DNA of 64,000 nt from Candidatus Adlerbacteria bacterium (GTDB lineage: Bacteria > Patescibacteriota > Minisyncoccia > Phycocordibacterales > SBAW01). Of this stretch, positions 10,659 through 21,676 are shown one piece after another; within the stretch, counting starts at the first letter, position 1; every line of letters starts with the position of its first letter. A model generated the notes under the pieces. It was not told the origin of the DNA. It saw nothing but the letters and a program-made list of their open reading frames with translations, and made no database searches. The position numbers were made by a program, and so were the translations under genes. The stretch is from contig CAVVLG010000002.1 of NCBI GenBank assembly GCA_963749085.1, forward strand, positions 445,863-509,862, read 5' to 3'.

Positions 10659-11396
10659 CTAGGCCAACCGGTACACGCTCCAGCGTCTTTCCCCCTCCTT
10701 ACGAACAAGACCCTTCTTAATAAGACTGGCAAGCTCGCGCTGTATGGTCTTCTCGCTGCAATTCTTGACAACTGCAGATATATCCTTTATAGATAGATTA
10801 TCGTTGCGTTTCAATAAATTAAGAATAACGGACACCCTTTCTTCAGCAACCGCAGAGTGTCCTTTTTTGTTATTTGAGTGTCCTTTATAATGTCTTTTAT
10901 CAATGTCCTTTAGACTAGTGCCTGCGCCCAAAGAGCGGGTGGCGTCCGGGGAGAGCATCGGGGACTCGACATCAACTTGAACAGAAGGGACAGAAAAATC
11001 TTCCCGGGTAATAAAAGGGGAAAGCTGACCTGCACCGGCCATTTTCTCTGCTATCTGTTCATATTCTTGAATAAGAATAAGGCTATTTTCATTACTTATC
11101 AGACCTTGCGTGGTACTCAATCTCACCGCTGAAAGCAATCCTAAAATATCGGCAAGCACTACGGCGAGATCCATTTCCCCTGCTACAAAATGAAGCATGG
11201 TTTGAGGCAATTGTATAGCTGAATGAACCAAATTTCTAAAGGTCTGAATGTCCGATGAGCGCGAACGCTCCGCAAGTACAGCGAGCACATGCGCAATTTT
11301 TTCAGCTTTTAAATAACAAAAATACCAATCTGCTCGTCCTTTAAAAAGGATTGATTTTAAAGCGAATTCATGAAATTTTTTCGGTATATCAGACAC
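10659..11396 (-). CDS. Hypothetical protein with C-terminal winged-helix (DeoR/MarR-like) DNA-binding domain
   Basis: 245 aa; C-terminus ...LSIKDISAVVKNCSEKTIQRELASLIKKGLVRKEGERRWSVYRLA. Confidence 0.55.
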   Translation of the reverse strand: MSDIPKKFHEFALKSILFKGRADWYFCYLKAEKIAHVLAVLAERSRSSDIQTFRNLVHSAIQLPQTMLHFVAGEMDLAVVLADILGLLSAVRLSTTQGLISNENSLILIQEYEQIAEKMAGAGQLSPFITREDFSVPSVQVDVESPMLSPDATRSLGAGTSLKDIDKRHYKGHSNNKKGHSAVAEERVSVILNLLKRNDNLSIKDISAVVKNCSEKTIQRELASLIKKGLVRKEGERRWSVYRLA

Positions 11397-11515
11397 GTTT
11401 TGTCTCTTATATGTCTTTAATAATTTAGCTTATTTTATCGGACATTCAGTATGGGACTACTGTCCTTAGCGTAACCGTAAGAGTTGATTGATGCAAGCAG
11501 TGGTATGATGTTGAC

Positions 11516-13702
11516 ATGGTTGCAAGATATTCCAAGAACGGCAAGAAAAATGGCAGGCAATCTAGCATAGTGAACATTCCCCAGGAGACAAAACGGGCCA
11601 TAGGAGCCGTTCTCCTTATCCTAATAGGTCTTTTGTTGGTGCTTGCAGGGTTTGGCGTCGCTGGTACCGGCGGCACGGACATCTATGGCCTTTTTGGCTC
11701 TTTGCTTGGGGCTATTGGGTACTTTCTCTTGCCGCTCCTTTTCTTTATGCTCGCGGGCAATGCTCTGCGTGAAGATTCGACCGGCTTTACGCCTTTGAAA
11801 ATTACCGCGGGAGGTATCTTTGTGCTCTCAGGACTAGGGTTTTTGGCGCTGGTAGCAAATAGTGGCGGACTCGTGGGGACGCTTATTGCAAACCCTGCAG
11901 TGCATTACTTCGACATCTATGCCGCCCTCCTTATACTGGGGAGTGTCTCCCTTATGTCCCTCCTCATTCTCCTTGAAGGAAGGATTTCCTTGCAACCTTT
12001 CTGGGCTTTGAAAAATCTGCTGATGCGACTCTTCGCACGCATGAAAAAGACTGGGGAACCAACAATGACCGGGCTTGAAGTAGATGAGGAGGTGGAAGAG
12101 CCGGTATATGAAGAAGCATACGAAGTAGATGAGGAGGAGCTTCGCGCGGTGGTCGAGGCTCCATCACACGCCGTGAAAGCGAAGCGGGCAGCGGACACGC
12201 TGAAATCCTTGCTCGGAACGTACAATCCTCCGCCGTTGTCCTTGCTTGAGCGTGATCGAGGCCGACCAGGAGTCGGAGATATTAAAGGTAACGCCAATAT
12301 TATTAAACGAACGCTTGCAAACTTCGGCATCACGGTTGAGTTGGATGAAATCTCTATCGGTCCGTCGGTCACGCGCTATGCGATAAAACCAGCCGAGGGC
12401 GTGCGTTTACAAAAAATAGTTTCCCTGCAGACGAACCTTGAGCTCGCACTTGCCGCGCATCCAGTGCGCATCGAGGCGCCTATACCGGGTAAGTCGTTGG
12501 TCGGGATTGAAGTTCCTAATTCTTCGAAAGTAACCGTGGGCCTTGGCACTATGTTGGAGTCGCCGGAATATACCGAGTCAGGAAAACCATTGTTGGTTGC
12601 GCTCGGACGCAATATCGCAGGAGCGTCCATTTTCGGCAACCTCGGGAAGATGCCCCACATGCTCATTGCGGGTGCAACAGGATCCGGAAAGAGCGTCGCC
12701 ATACACGCAATAATCAACTCGCTTTTGTACCGCTGCGGCCCGCAGCAATTGCGCTTCTTGATGATAGATCCCAAGCGTGTTGAGCTCACTATGTATAACC
12801 AGATCCCTCATTTGCTGACCCCAGTCATTACCGATGCCAAACGCACCATTACCGCCCTGCGCTGGGCGGGCAAAGAGATGGAACGGCGCTACAACGTGCT
12901 TGAGGCAGAGCACGTTCGCGATATCGAGTCGTACCATCAAAATATTTTGACTCCGGAGCTTGAAAAAATACGCAAGCGCGGCGGGGTTGAAGAAGGTGAG
13001 AAAATTCCAGAATTGATGCCGTATATCGTCATTATCATTGACGAGCTCGCCGATATCATGCAGGCCTATCCCCGCGAGCTTGAGGCCGTGGTGGTGCGCT
13101 TGGCCCAAATGAGCCGCGCGGTCGGCATACACCTCATACTCTCAACTCAGCGGCCGAGCGTTAACGTCATTACCGGGCTCATCAAGGCAAATATACCCGC
13201 GCGCGTGGCGCTCCAAGTAGCCTCCCAAATAGATTCCCGCACTATCCTTGATCAAGGAGGGGCTGAGAAGCTCCTTGGAGCAGGTGATATGTTATGGCTC
13301 TCCGGCGACATGGGTAAACCAATCCGCCTTCAAAGCGCGTTCATCAGTGAAGGAGAAGTAAAAAAGGTCGCGTCATTCATCGCGAAACATAACGAAGCAG
13401 AAATCCCGATTGATATTGGTACTCCATTGCCCACCACAAGCGGCATGGGCACGGGCGGTGGATTTAGCGATGAGGAGGACGTGGATGATGAGGTATACGA
13501 AGCGGCACGTCAAGCGGTTATTGAGGCTGGTAAGGCCTCAACGTCCTACATCCAGCGCAAGCTGCGCATTGGATATTCGCGCGCTGCACGCATCATGGAC
13601 ATGCTGGAGGAGCGCGGCGTCATCGGCGCCCAAGATGGGTCCAAGCCACGCGACATACTGGAAAAAGGCATGGACATGGCGCCGGAAGGCCGGGAGGAAT
13701 AG
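11516..13702 (+). CDS. ftsK: DNA translocase FtsK/SpoIIIE
   Basis: 728 aa; N-terminal TM segments; Walker A GATGSGKSV; FtsK alpha/beta motor motifs; C-terminal gamma winged helix (YIQRKLRIGYSRAARIMDMLEERGVIG). Confidence 0.95.
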   Translation: MVARYSKNGKKNGRQSSIVNIPQETKRAIGAVLLILIGLLLVLAGFGVAGTGGTDIYGLFGSLLGAIGYFLLPLLFFMLAGNALREDSTGFTPLKITAGGIFVLSGLGFLALVANSGGLVGTLIANPAVHYFDIYAALLILGSVSLMSLLILLEGRISLQPFWALKNLLMRLFARMKKTGEPTMTGLEVDEEVEEPVYEEAYEVDEEELRAVVEAPSHAVKAKRAADTLKSLLGTYNPPPLSLLERDRGRPGVGDIKGNANIIKRTLANFGITVELDEISIGPSVTRYAIKPAEGVRLQKIVSLQTNLELALAAHPVRIEAPIPGKSLVGIEVPNSSKVTVGLGTMLESPEYTESGKPLLVALGRNIAGASIFGNLGKMPHMLIAGATGSGKSVAIHAIINSLLYRCGPQQLRFLMIDPKRVELTMYNQIPHLLTPVITDAKRTITALRWAGKEMERRYNVLEAEHVRDIESYHQNILTPELEKIRKRGGVEEGEKIPELMPYIVIIIDELADIMQAYPRELEAVVVRLAQMSRAVGIHLILSTQRPSVNVITGLIKANIPARVALQVASQIDSRTILDQGGAEKLLGAGDMLWLSGDMGKPIRLQSAFISEGEVKKVASFIAKHNEAEIPIDIGTPLPTTSGMGTGGGFSDEEDVDDEVYEAARQAVIEAGKASTSYIQRKLRIGYSRAARIMDMLEERGVIGAQDGSKPRDILEKGMDMAPEGREE

Positions 13703-13738
13703 ATTTGGAGGTACCTATCTTTGTGCTAAAATCCTCCC

Positions 13739-14086
13739 ATGACACGGTGGCTTATCGCTCTTGTTGCCATAGTAATTATCGGCTACGGGTTATTTGAGGC
13801 GCGCAAGCTTATTGAGGGACCAGTGGTGATCATACAATCGCCTACAGACGGGAGCGCAACGTCGAGTACCGCAGTCGTTATCTCCGGCGAAGCGGAGAAC
13901 ATCTCGTTTTTGACCATCAATGACGCGCCTGCCTATACCGATGAGCAGGGGCACTTTTCCGAGTTGCTATCTCTGCCAGCGGGATTTACCATATTGACCG
14001 TTGCCGCGATAGACCGGTTTGGGCGAAGAGTATCAAAGTCGGTCTCAATAAACGTTCTTGATTATTGTACTATTACTAATGCATAA
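13739..14086 (+). CDS. Small membrane-anchored hypothetical protein
   Basis: 115 aa, N-terminal TM helix then a beta-rich domain; sits between ftsK and recA. Confidence 0.5.
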   Translation: MTRWLIALVAIVIIGYGLFEARKLIEGPVVIIQSPTDGSATSSTAVVISGEAENISFLTINDAPAYTDEQGHFSELLSLPAGFTILTVAAIDRFGRRVSKSVSINVLDYCTITNA

Positions 14087-14093
14087 CTATTGT

Positions 14094-15152
14094 ATGGCCA
14101 AAGGAAAAAATAAAAGTGCGGCAAGAAAAGACAGTACCGCGATAGATGCCGCTATTCGCGAGATAAAAACGAAATTCGGCGACGAGGCTATTATGAAGCT
14201 CGGTGATTCACCCAAGGTGGATGTCGACGTCATACCGTCGGGCTCCATCGGCCTTGATTGGGCGCTCGGCATTGGCGGGTATCCGCGCGGCCGTATTATC
14301 GAAATATACGGGCCAGAATCGTCCGGCAAGACAACGCTCGCCCTCCATGCTATTGCTGAAGCGCAAAAAAAAGGAGGCGTATGTGCATTCATTGACGCCG
14401 AACACGCGCTTGATCCAGAGTACGCCAAGAGAATAGGCGTTAAAATAGACGACCTACTCGTGTCGCAACCCGACACGGGCGAACAGGCGCTTGAAATAGT
14501 TGAATCGTTGGTGCGCTCGGGGAAAATAGACATCATTGTGGTTGACTCCGTGGCGGCGCTGACCCCAAAGGATGAAATAGAAGGCGATATGGGCAGCCAG
14601 CAGATGGGCAAACAAGCACGGCTCATGAGCCAGGCGCTGAGGAAGCTGACCGCCATTACCTCTAAATCAAAGACCCTCATCATCTTTATCAACCAGATCC
14701 GCATGCAAATTGGCATGATGTTCGGCAATCCTGAAACGACCACCGGTGGAAAGGCATTAAAATTTTATACCAGCGTCAGACTCGACATACGCCGCATCGC
14801 CCAAATCAAAAAGGGTGAAGAAGTCGTAGGAGGGCGTCATCGCGTCAAAGTAGTGAAAAATAAAATTGCGGCGCCGTTCCGCAAAACCGAATTCGATCTA
14901 CTCTATAACGAGGGCATATCTCGCGAAGGCGAACTGCTTGCGCTCGGCGAGAGCCTCGGCATTATCCACAAATCGGGTTCCGCGTATTCGTTTGGCGAGG
15001 AGAAGCTGGGTCGTGGATACGACGCATCACGCACTACGCTGCACGAAAATAAAAAGCTTGCTAATGATATCCTCAAGGAAATTCGTACACGACTCTCAGA
15101 GGTGGGCATAGCCGGCGGCAAAATAACCGGTGAGGAATCTGGTGAGGGGTAG
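14094..15152 (+). CDS. recA: Recombinase RecA
   Basis: MAKGKNK...[21 protein letters not shown]...[13 protein letters not shown]...[10 protein letters not shown]; start placed at the internal Met of the 364-aa ORF. Confidence 0.96.
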   Translation: MAKGKNKSAARKDSTAIDAAIREIKTKFGDEAIMKLGDSPKVDVDVIPSGSIGLDWALGIGGYPRGRIIEIYGPESSGKTTLALHAIAEAQKKGGVCAFIDAEHALDPEYAKRIGVKIDDLLVSQPDTGEQALEIVESLVRSGKIDIIVVDSVAALTPKDEIEGDMGSQQMGKQARLMSQALRKLTAITSKSKTLIIFINQIRMQIGMMFGNPETTTGGKALKFYTSVRLDIRRIAQIKKGEEVVGGRHRVKVVKNKIAAPFRKTEFDLLYNEGISREGELLALGESLGIIHKSGSAYSFGEEKLGRGYDASRTTLHENKKLANDILKEIRTRLSEVGIAGGKITGEESGEG

Positions 15153-15161
15153 ACTCCCTCT

Positions 15162-15491
15162 TTAAAATGCCATTTGGTGCTGAGACGTAAGCGATTTAAC
15201 GATATCTATTACGAGTGCCGTAAAGGCGCATATGGCTATCAGTAGCGTGAATTGGACCGCACTGTTGGTGTGTTCAACTGCAAACAAGAGATAACCGCTC
15301 GTGGCATTGAGACCGCCACGCTCCACCGCAAGAAAATTTTGGAGCACGTGGGTGACACTGACCAGCCGCCACAGGGCTACCGCAGCCAGAATAAGCACAT
15401 AGAACTCAAGCGCTGTGCGCGAAAGGAGCTTGCGCACGGTATAAATGACCGCCACACCTGCCATTACTTGTCGTTCGATAGTCGTTTTCAT
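15162..15491 (-). CDS. Small membrane protein, possible anti-sigma factor partner of the upstream ECF sigma
   Basis: 109 aa, 3 predicted TM helices, directly downstream of the ECF sigma gene on the same strand (positional inference only). Confidence 0.4.
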   Translation of the reverse strand: MKTTIERQVMAGVAVIYTVRKLLSRTALEFYVLILAAVALWRLVSVTHVLQNFLAVERGGLNATSGYLLFAVEHTNSAVQFTLLIAICAFTALVIDIVKSLTSQHQMAF

Positions 15492-15502
15492 ACGGCTTTA
15501 AA

Positions 15503-16108
15503 CTATTGTCTAACACTAATGGTTTCGTAAATCTTTCTGAACTCCTTTTTGGCGCGGTGCACTCGCGTTTTTATAGCACCGACGCTCACCCCCTCTTCTC
15601 TCGCCATCTCCTCTTGGGTTTTCCCGTCTATAAAAAATGACGAGAGTGCCTGAGCAAACATGTACGGCATACGTGAGAGCACCGACGCTACCTCGTCCCT
15701 TAGTTCTTTTTTCTCAAACTGCCTGAGATTTTTATCTGGAATGAGCGCCCAAATTTCATCATCAAGCTCAGCGGTCATGGCCCCTGCTTTCTTCTTCTTT
15801 TGATAGTGCGTGAGCGCGGTATTGATGAGGATTCGATAGCCCCAAGAGGAGAAACTAGCGCCTTCCTGTTTTTTAAATTTCGCCGCGTTGAGATAGATCT
15901 TAGTGAAGGTCTCCTGCACGATATCCTCGGCCTCTTCCCGCTCACGCACTATGCCATGCGCCTTGCGCAAAAAAGGTTCCTCGTACTTGCGCACCAGAAG
16001 CGCGAACAGTGACGGATGCGCTAAAGAAGCCGCGAGCAGCTCTTCGTCGCTTCTTTCAGCCCTTTCCTCTTCTAATGATAGGTACGCCATGCCTACAGGA
16101 TATATCAT
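15503..16108 (-). CDS. ECF-type RNA polymerase sigma factor (sigma-70 family)
   Basis: Region 2 (EDIVQETFTKIY) and region 4 HTH (EEMAREEGVSVGAIKTRVHRAKKEF). Confidence 0.85.
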   Translation of the reverse strand: MIYPVGMAYLSLEEERAERSDEELLAASLAHPSLFALLVRKYEEPFLRKAHGIVREREEAEDIVQETFTKIYLNAAKFKKQEGASFSSWGYRILINTALTHYQKKKKAGAMTAELDDEIWALIPDKNLRQFEKKELRDEVASVLSRMPYMFAQALSSFFIDGKTQEEMAREEGVSVGAIKTRVHRAKKEFRKIYETISVRQ

Positions 16109-16204
16109 AAGAGCCGTCGTTTACAACTACCGAGCTTGCCGAAAGGTTGCATGACCTATGTTTTTATGTACAATGCATCTAATCGCCTGAGGGCGATTTT
16201 ATAT

Positions 16205-16774
16205 ATGCTCGAATATAATGAAATTCTTCCTAAAAAAGTGATACTTCTCGAAGGCGAGCCGTACGAGGTTCTCGACGCTCATGTCTTTCGCAAACAGATG
16301 AGAAAGCCCGTGAACCAGACCAAGTTGCGCCATCTCATCACCGGTAAGGTGACGGAGCAGGCGTTCCATCAATCGGAAAAGGCCGAAGAAGCCGATCTGA
16401 GCCTCAAGCCTATAAAGTATCTCTATACTAACCGCAGTGAATGGTGGTTTGCCTCGCCGGAGAATCCCGCTGAGCGCTTCAAACTTTCTGCTGAGACCGT
16501 GGGCCCCGGAAGTCAGTTTCTCAAACCAAATTCAGTACTGGACGCAAATCTGTTTAACGACAAGATTATTTCGCTGCGTATACCCATTAAAGTAGACCTG
16601 CTCGTGAAAGAAGCGCCGCCTGCAGTAAAGGGAAATACGGTACAAGGAGGTACCAAGCAAATAGTGCTTGAGACCGGTGCTATGGTGCAGGCTCCCCTTT
16701 TCGTCAACGGGGGTGACGTGGTTCGCGTCAACACGGAGCTCGGCACGTACGTCGAGCGGGTTGATAAGAAATAA
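16205..16774 (+). CDS. efp: Elongation factor P
   Basis: KVILLEGEPYEVLDAHVFRKQMRKPVNQTKLRHLITGKV... three OB/KOW-like domains; start trimmed to the internal Met. Confidence 0.88.
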   Translation: MLEYNEILPKKVILLEGEPYEVLDAHVFRKQMRKPVNQTKLRHLITGKVTEQAFHQSEKAEEADLSLKPIKYLYTNRSEWWFASPENPAERFKLSAETVGPGSQFLKPNSVLDANLFNDKIISLRIPIKVDLLVKEAPPAVKGNTVQGGTKQIVLETGAMVQAPLFVNGGDVVRVNTELGTYVERVDKK

Positions 16775-16851
16775 GACGAACTTCATCATAGTTCCATATT
16801 TCTTCTGATACGTTTGGGCGAGTCGAAAATTTAACCGACAAGATAACGAGC

Positions 16852-17175
16852 TTGATGCTCGAACATAGTATGTGGAAACAATGGACAAATGCGATGCTAG
16901 GACTAGCGGTAGTGATCCTTGCCTTTTATAGGCTTTTAAGCCTAAGTGCGTCGTTCACGTGGGTCTTAGTGGCTTTTGGAATTATCATTTCTGTCTTGGC
17001 TATTTGTAGTACCAACGAGGTTATTGCTTCAGAAGATACTCCAAATCTTATACCTGCGGATATGGACGTTATAAAACAAAAGTTCGTACGATCCTACTCT
17101 CAGTCTAGGGAACTTCTTGGGCTGTATGATGTAAAAAAAATAACTATCGGACGATATACGGCAGAAGTGCCATAA
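16852..17175 (+). CDS. Hypothetical small membrane protein
   Basis: 107 aa with two TM helices; overlaps the 3' end of convergent rpsR by about 30 nt, so lower confidence. Confidence 0.35.
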   Translation: MMLEHSMWKQWTNAMLGLAVVILAFYRLLSLSASFTWVLVAFGIIISVLAICSTNEVIASEDTPNLIPADMDVIKQKFVRSYSQSRELLGLYDVKKITIGRYTAEVP

Positions 17176-17341
17176 AACGCGCGCGCTTAACGGCTTCGGC
17201 CAGTGCCCGCTGGTTGGCAGACGAGAGGCCCGTGCGGCGGCGTGCCATGATTTTGCCATGCGGATTTAGAAACTTCTTGAGAGTCTCAATATCTTTATAA
17301 TCAATCCGCTGGAATTGTGGGCCGTAAAAATCTTTTTTCAT
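17144..17341 (-). CDS. rpsR: 30S ribosomal protein S18
   Basis: 65 aa; ...[42 protein letters not shown]. Confidence 0.93.
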   Translation of the reverse strand: MKKDFYGPQFQRIDYKDIETLKKFLNPHGKIMARRRTGLSSANQRALAEAVKRARFMALLPYIVR

Positions 17342-17343
17342 AA

Positions 17344-17787
17344 TTAGAAAGGAATATCATCAGGGTTAATATCCTCCTCCGGATACTCTATAGCATCTTC
17401 TTTGGACGCTTTTGGTGGAGCCTCAGCGCTTGAGGGAGCTCCCGAGTAAGCACCCGCGCCGCTTGAGCGAGGGCCGAACTGCACGCGTTCGGCAACTATC
17501 TCAGTCTTGTACTGTTTGCCTTTCTCTCCTTCCCAACTGCGAGTTTGAAGTCTCCCTTCGACATACGCGGAACTGCCTTTTTTAAGATACTGAGCACAGG
17601 TCTCGGCTTGGCGGCCAAAGACGACAATATTGTGAAACTCAACCTGCTCGGCTTTGCTGCCATCAGCTTTTTTGTATACGCGGTTTGTTGCAATGCCAAA
17701 CGAACAAACTTGGCCGCCACTTGGAAGCGCGCGAATCTCCGGGTCGCGGGTGAGGTTACCGAACACCATTGCCTTGTTGAGATACAT
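17344..17787 (-). CDS. ssb: Single-stranded DNA-binding protein
   Basis: OB fold ([19 protein letters not shown]...), C-terminal acidic tail ending DIPF. Confidence 0.93.
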   Translation of the reverse strand: MYLNKAMVFGNLTRDPEIRALPSGGQVCSFGIATNRVYKKADGSKAEQVEFHNIVVFGRQAETCAQYLKKGSSAYVEGRLQTRSWEGEKGKQYKTEIVAERVQFGPRSSGAGAYSGAPSSAEAPPKASKEDAIEYPEEDINPDDIPF

Positions 17788-17792
17788 AATAT

Positions 17793-18311
17793 CTAGTTTA
17801 CCAATGCGTCTATTGATTTATTGAGTTCCTCTTCGGAGACTTCGCTACTTTGCTCTTTCGTTGAAACGGGTTTTTGTATCGTTTCGCCCTCAAGTCGGTC
17901 AGAGGTGAAGATGAGACGACGGGGACTTTGAACCTCTTCACGCACGGTCTCAATAAGCAGATAACGCAACGTATCTTTGCTTCCGCGCAGATACGAGTCA
18001 ATGGCCGAGATGTCCTCCCGCTCAAGTGCAAATTTTATCGCTCCAAAATATGCGTTGACGTATTTCTCGTGCTTGCCTGCGGCCGCACGCTCAATGGTGT
18101 AGGCGAGCACTAGTTTGCGCGGAAAATCTTCTTTGATGATCTCAGCGTTATGCTTCAGAAGCTCAGCACGCAGTTTTTCGACAATACCAAGAATACCCTC
18201 TTCTCCAACGGTGGGCACGATATGAAAACCGATCTCATAGACCGGCTGTTTGCTGTGCTCCGCTTGAGATGAGGTCTGAGTGACCTGCGGCGACTCTGCC
18301 ATGCGTGGCAC
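17793..18311 (-). CDS. rpsF: 30S ribosomal protein S6 with N- and C-terminal extensions
   Basis: YEIGFHIVP...core typical of S6; classical rpsF-ssb-rpsR order. Confidence 0.8.
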   Translation of the reverse strand: MPRMAESPQVTQTSSQAEHSKQPVYEIGFHIVPTVGEEGILGIVEKLRAELLKHNAEIIKEDFPRKLVLAYTIERAAAGKHEKYVNAYFGAIKFALEREDISAIDSYLRGSKDTLRYLLIETVREEVQSPRRLIFTSDRLEGETIQKPVSTKEQSSEVSEEELNKSIDALVN

Positions 18312-18329
18312 TATAGCAGAGCAGGCTTT

Positions 18330-19109
18330 TTATTGCAACTTGAAAATTCGTTGTGAATTAAGGACGATTTGGTGACTTAGTTCTTCAACTGACATATGTT
18401 TGATCGCGGCCATTTTTTTTACTACTTCTTCCACATAAATCGGCTCGTTGCGCTTCCCCCTAAACGGCACAGGTGCGGCAAAGGGCGAGTCAGTTTCACT
18501 TAATATTTTATCGAGCGGGGTAATCCGTATAGATGCATCATACATATTGGTGTAAGTTATCGGCCCGGGAAAGGAAAGAAAGAAACCGAGGTCGAGATAT
18601 TTTTGAGCAAGATCGGCAGAACCCGTAAAAAAATGTATGACGGCTTGTAATGTATTATATTCTTTTTTATAACTTCCTAAAATCTCAAGCATGTCATCGT
18701 GTGCATTTCTACAATGAATGATGAGTGGTTTCTTTACTTTCAAAGAAAGTTTGATTTGCAATATAAAGTGCTGCTTCTGTACAATTTTTTCTTCATCAGT
18801 GCTGCCAGAGCGAAAATAGTCGAGGCCACACTCCCCTATTGCGACAACGTGGCGCTCGCCTGCAAGCTTCTCGTACTTTGCTATATCAAAATGCTCTTTT
18901 TTATTATCATTGGGGTGCAAACCAACTGAGGCCCATAAAAAATCGTGTTGTTTTGCGAGTTCAAGCCCCGCCATGCTGGTGTCTATATCCGTCCCGACAA
19001 CAATGCCTCCAACCTCCCTTTCCTGCATTCGCAGGAGTACCGCCGCCTGATCAACGTTAAACTGCGGCAACTGCAAATGACAGTGCGAGTCAAAGGATTT
19101 CAGCCTCAT
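18330..19109 (-). CDS. tatD: TatD-family metal-dependent DNase/hydrolase
   Basis: SHCHLQ...GLHP...AIGECGLDY...motifs of the TatD amidohydrolase fold. Confidence 0.88.
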   Translation of the reverse strand: MRLKSFDSHCHLQLPQFNVDQAAVLLRMQEREVGGIVVGTDIDTSMAGLELAKQHDFLWASVGLHPNDNKKEHFDIAKYEKLAGERHVVAIGECGLDYFRSGSTDEEKIVQKQHFILQIKLSLKVKKPLIIHCRNAHDDMLEILGSYKKEYNTLQAVIHFFTGSADLAQKYLDLGFFLSFPGPITYTNMYDASIRITPLDKILSETDSPFAAPVPFRGKRNEPIYVEEVVKKMAAIKHMSVEELSHQIVLNSQRIFKLQ

Positions 19110-20557
19110 TCTTTGCGGGGGAAAAGGTTATCCGGTTTTTTATTTTTAATAACCGCCTGTCTAATTTTTTCTGAAGTCTCAGGCATGAACACTTGAAGCT
19201 CATTCGCCAGCAAATACACTTCTTTGACTAAATCCGTTATGAGTAGAATGCCTTTTTTCTTGTCTTCTTTCACGAGTTTGAAGGGCTGGTGAAGCTGTAT
19301 GGTTTGATCGATCTTTTGTATGTACGACCACAAAATGTTCATCACCCCCGGTATATCAAACGTCTCCATCTCTCGGTGATAGTCTATACGCGGATATACG
19401 TTGCCACTCACGTCAACCGGCCCGGTAAGATTGCCTTCGGCCATTTTCATGACGCGACTCACGACATTACCTAAACCATTGGCGAGTTCCCCGTTATAAA
19501 TCTTCTTAAACCCTTCGCGCGTGATATCGCCATCTTCAAATGGCGAGATATGTCGTGCGAGGTAGTAGCGCACTGCATCGCTACCATACTCCCCCAAGAG
19601 ATCAAAGGGATCAATGACATTCCCTAACGTTTTGCTCATTTTTTTGCCCCCCGAGGTAATAAAACCATGAACCAAAAGGGATTTAGGCAGCGGCAGCCTA
19701 GCCGAGAGCAGCATCCCCGGCCAAATCGCGGCATGAAAACGCAAAATATCTTTGCCGATGACGTGCATCCTCATTTCAGCACCTTCCCAAAACTCCTTAT
19801 ACAGTTGATCGTCCGATCTACCGAAACCGAGCGCGGTAATATAATTTGCCAGTGCATCACACCATACATACATAATCTGCGAGTCATCGCCAGGAACCGG
19901 AACGCCCAAACCGGCAGGCCAATCGCGTTTCCGCGGCCGCGAAAAACTCACGTCCTCCAGACCCTCCGAAATAAAGGACAAAATTTCGTGCCTGCGAGTT
20001 GCGGGAGCAATGAGAAGTTCGTCTGTTTCTATTTTTTCTCTTATAACGTCGGAGTATTTTGAGAGGCGGAAAAAATAATTCTCTTCTTTTATTCGCTCGG
20101 GAACGGTGCCGTGCTCAGGACATTTACCGTCAACTAATTCTTTCTCGGTAATAAACGACTCATGACCGACACAATAGAGTCCTTCATACTCCTTTTTATA
20201 AATATCGCCCGCTGCATCGAGTTTTTTCCACAGAGCAATTGCACCAGGCCAGTGTATGGCGCGGTCGGTTGTACGAACAAATTGGTCGTAGGAAATGTTA
20301 AGGGCCGTGTACAAATCAGAAAAATTATTGACTATCTCGTCAAGAAATACGAGCGGATCTTTTTTTTCTTTTTTTGCGGCATCTACCATTTTTTGTGTAT
20401 TCTCATCCGAACCGGTCAAAAAATACGTCTTGCGCGTTAGACGATGATAGCGAACAAGAATGTCGCTTAAGGTTGTGGTATAGGCATGCCCCAAATGCAA
20501 CTTAGCATTGGGATAAAAAATCGGCGTGGTGAGATAAAAAGTTTTGTTATCGGACAT
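19106..20557 (-). CDS. metG: Methionyl-tRNA synthetase (compact form)
   Basis: HLGHAY (HIGH) and KMSKTLGN (KMSKS) motifs; 483 aa. Confidence 0.95.
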   Translation of the reverse strand: MSDNKTFYLTTPIFYPNAKLHLGHAYTTTLSDILVRYHRLTRKTYFLTGSDENTQKMVDAAKKEKKDPLVFLDEIVNNFSDLYTALNISYDQFVRTTDRAIHWPGAIALWKKLDAAGDIYKKEYEGLYCVGHESFITEKELVDGKCPEHGTVPERIKEENYFFRLSKYSDVIREKIETDELLIAPATRRHEILSFISEGLEDVSFSRPRKRDWPAGLGVPVPGDDSQIMYVWCDALANYITALGFGRSDDQLYKEFWEGAEMRMHVIGKDILRFHAAIWPGMLLSARLPLPKSLLVHGFITSGGKKMSKTLGNVIDPFDLLGEYGSDAVRYYLARHISPFEDGDITREGFKKIYNGELANGLGNVVSRVMKMAEGNLTGPVDVSGNVYPRIDYHREMETFDIPGVMNILWSYIQKIDQTIQLHQPFKLVKEDKKKGILLITDLVKEVYLLANELQVFMPETSEKIRQAVIKNKKPDNLFPRKE

Positions 20558-20566
20558 GCATTGAAA

Positions 20567-21676
20567 CTACTTGGCTTCGCCGTCGGGTGCAAGCCCTTGG
20601 CGAGCAAGCGCGCGCGTCTTTTCCTTGTCGATATCGGAGACAAATTCTTGAATAGCACCTGCGATAGGCACTGACAAAAGAACGCCCAAAAATCCCACTA
20701 GTTGGAAACCAACCAGGAGGGCAAGAATAACGAGAAGCGGCGGTACGCCGACCACTTTTTTGACGACCACGGGATAAATAAGATTGGCTTCAAATTGCTG
20801 AACAATAATGAAAAGCCCTGCAACCAAAAGTGCTTCGGTGAGTCCGGCATTCGCAAGCGCGACGGCAATGGCAGGTATTGCGGCAAGAAACTGTCCGAAA
20901 ACGGGGATAAGCTCAAAGACCGCTGCCAAAACGGCCAAAAGGAGGGCATATTTAACACCTAGAATAACGAGACCGAGGTAGAGCAGCACACCAACGATGA
21001 CCGCAAGCACAATCTGTCCTTGCATCCACTTGCCTATTTTCACCTGAGAGCGCTTCCACAAATGGAGCACATATGCCTGCTCCTTGATAGGAGTGACCAG
21101 ACGAAGAAAATCATCGACCCCCGTCTCCTGGACCGAAAAATAAAAAGAAAAAACGACTACCAGCACGAAGGATACGATGCCACCGAAAAAGGCGGCCACC
21201 GTGGTGAAAACCCCGCCAGTTGAATTAGTGAGGGTGGTTGAAATATTTTGCAATAAGTCCGCCGAGTTGAAGGTCTGAGCTACCGTGCCCCACGGCAAGA
21301 GACCGTGCGTGGTATCGGATATATTGAGCGAGGAAAGAGTTTGGGGAAGCTGCTGGAGGAACGTGGCTGCATCGTTAAGCACCGGCGGTATAAAGAAAAA
21401 CAGTACGGCAAAAAATACAATCGCAACTATAAGATAGACCAGTATTACTGATACGAGCCGTGGTATACGCTGTTTCGTAAAAAAACGAATTGCTGGCTCC
21501 ATCGCCGACGCAATGACCACCCCCGTGAGGAGGACCAATACAATGTCGCGCAAATACCACAACAATCCCACCAGTAGCACAAAAAGTACCGCAGTGATTA
21601 TGGTACCCGGCGTTACAGTTACCGAGATGTTTCGATCGGCCATACGCACATGATAGCACAATGCCTCAACCGCCAA
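20567..21676 (-). CDS. AI-2E family transporter (PerM/UPF0118-like permease)
   Basis: 369 aa, 8 TM segments, typical AI-2E topology and C-terminal conserved block. Confidence 0.75.
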   Translation of the reverse strand: MAVEALCYHVRMADRNISVTVTPGTIITAVLFVLLVGLLWYLRDIVLVLLTGVVIASAMEPAIRFFTKQRIPRLVSVILVYLIVAIVFFAVLFFFIPPVLNDAATFLQQLPQTLSSLNISDTTHGLLPWGTVAQTFNSADLLQNISTTLTNSTGGVFTTVAAFFGGIVSFVLVVVFSFYFSVQETGVDDFLRLVTPIKEQAYVLHLWKRSQVKIGKWMQGQIVLAVIVGVLLYLGLVILGVKYALLLAVLAAVFELIPVFGQFLAAIPAIAVALANAGLTEALLVAGLFIIVQQFEANLIYPVVVKKVVGVPPLLVILALLVGFQLVGFLGVLLSVPIAGAIQEFVSDIDKEKTRALARQGLAPDGEAK

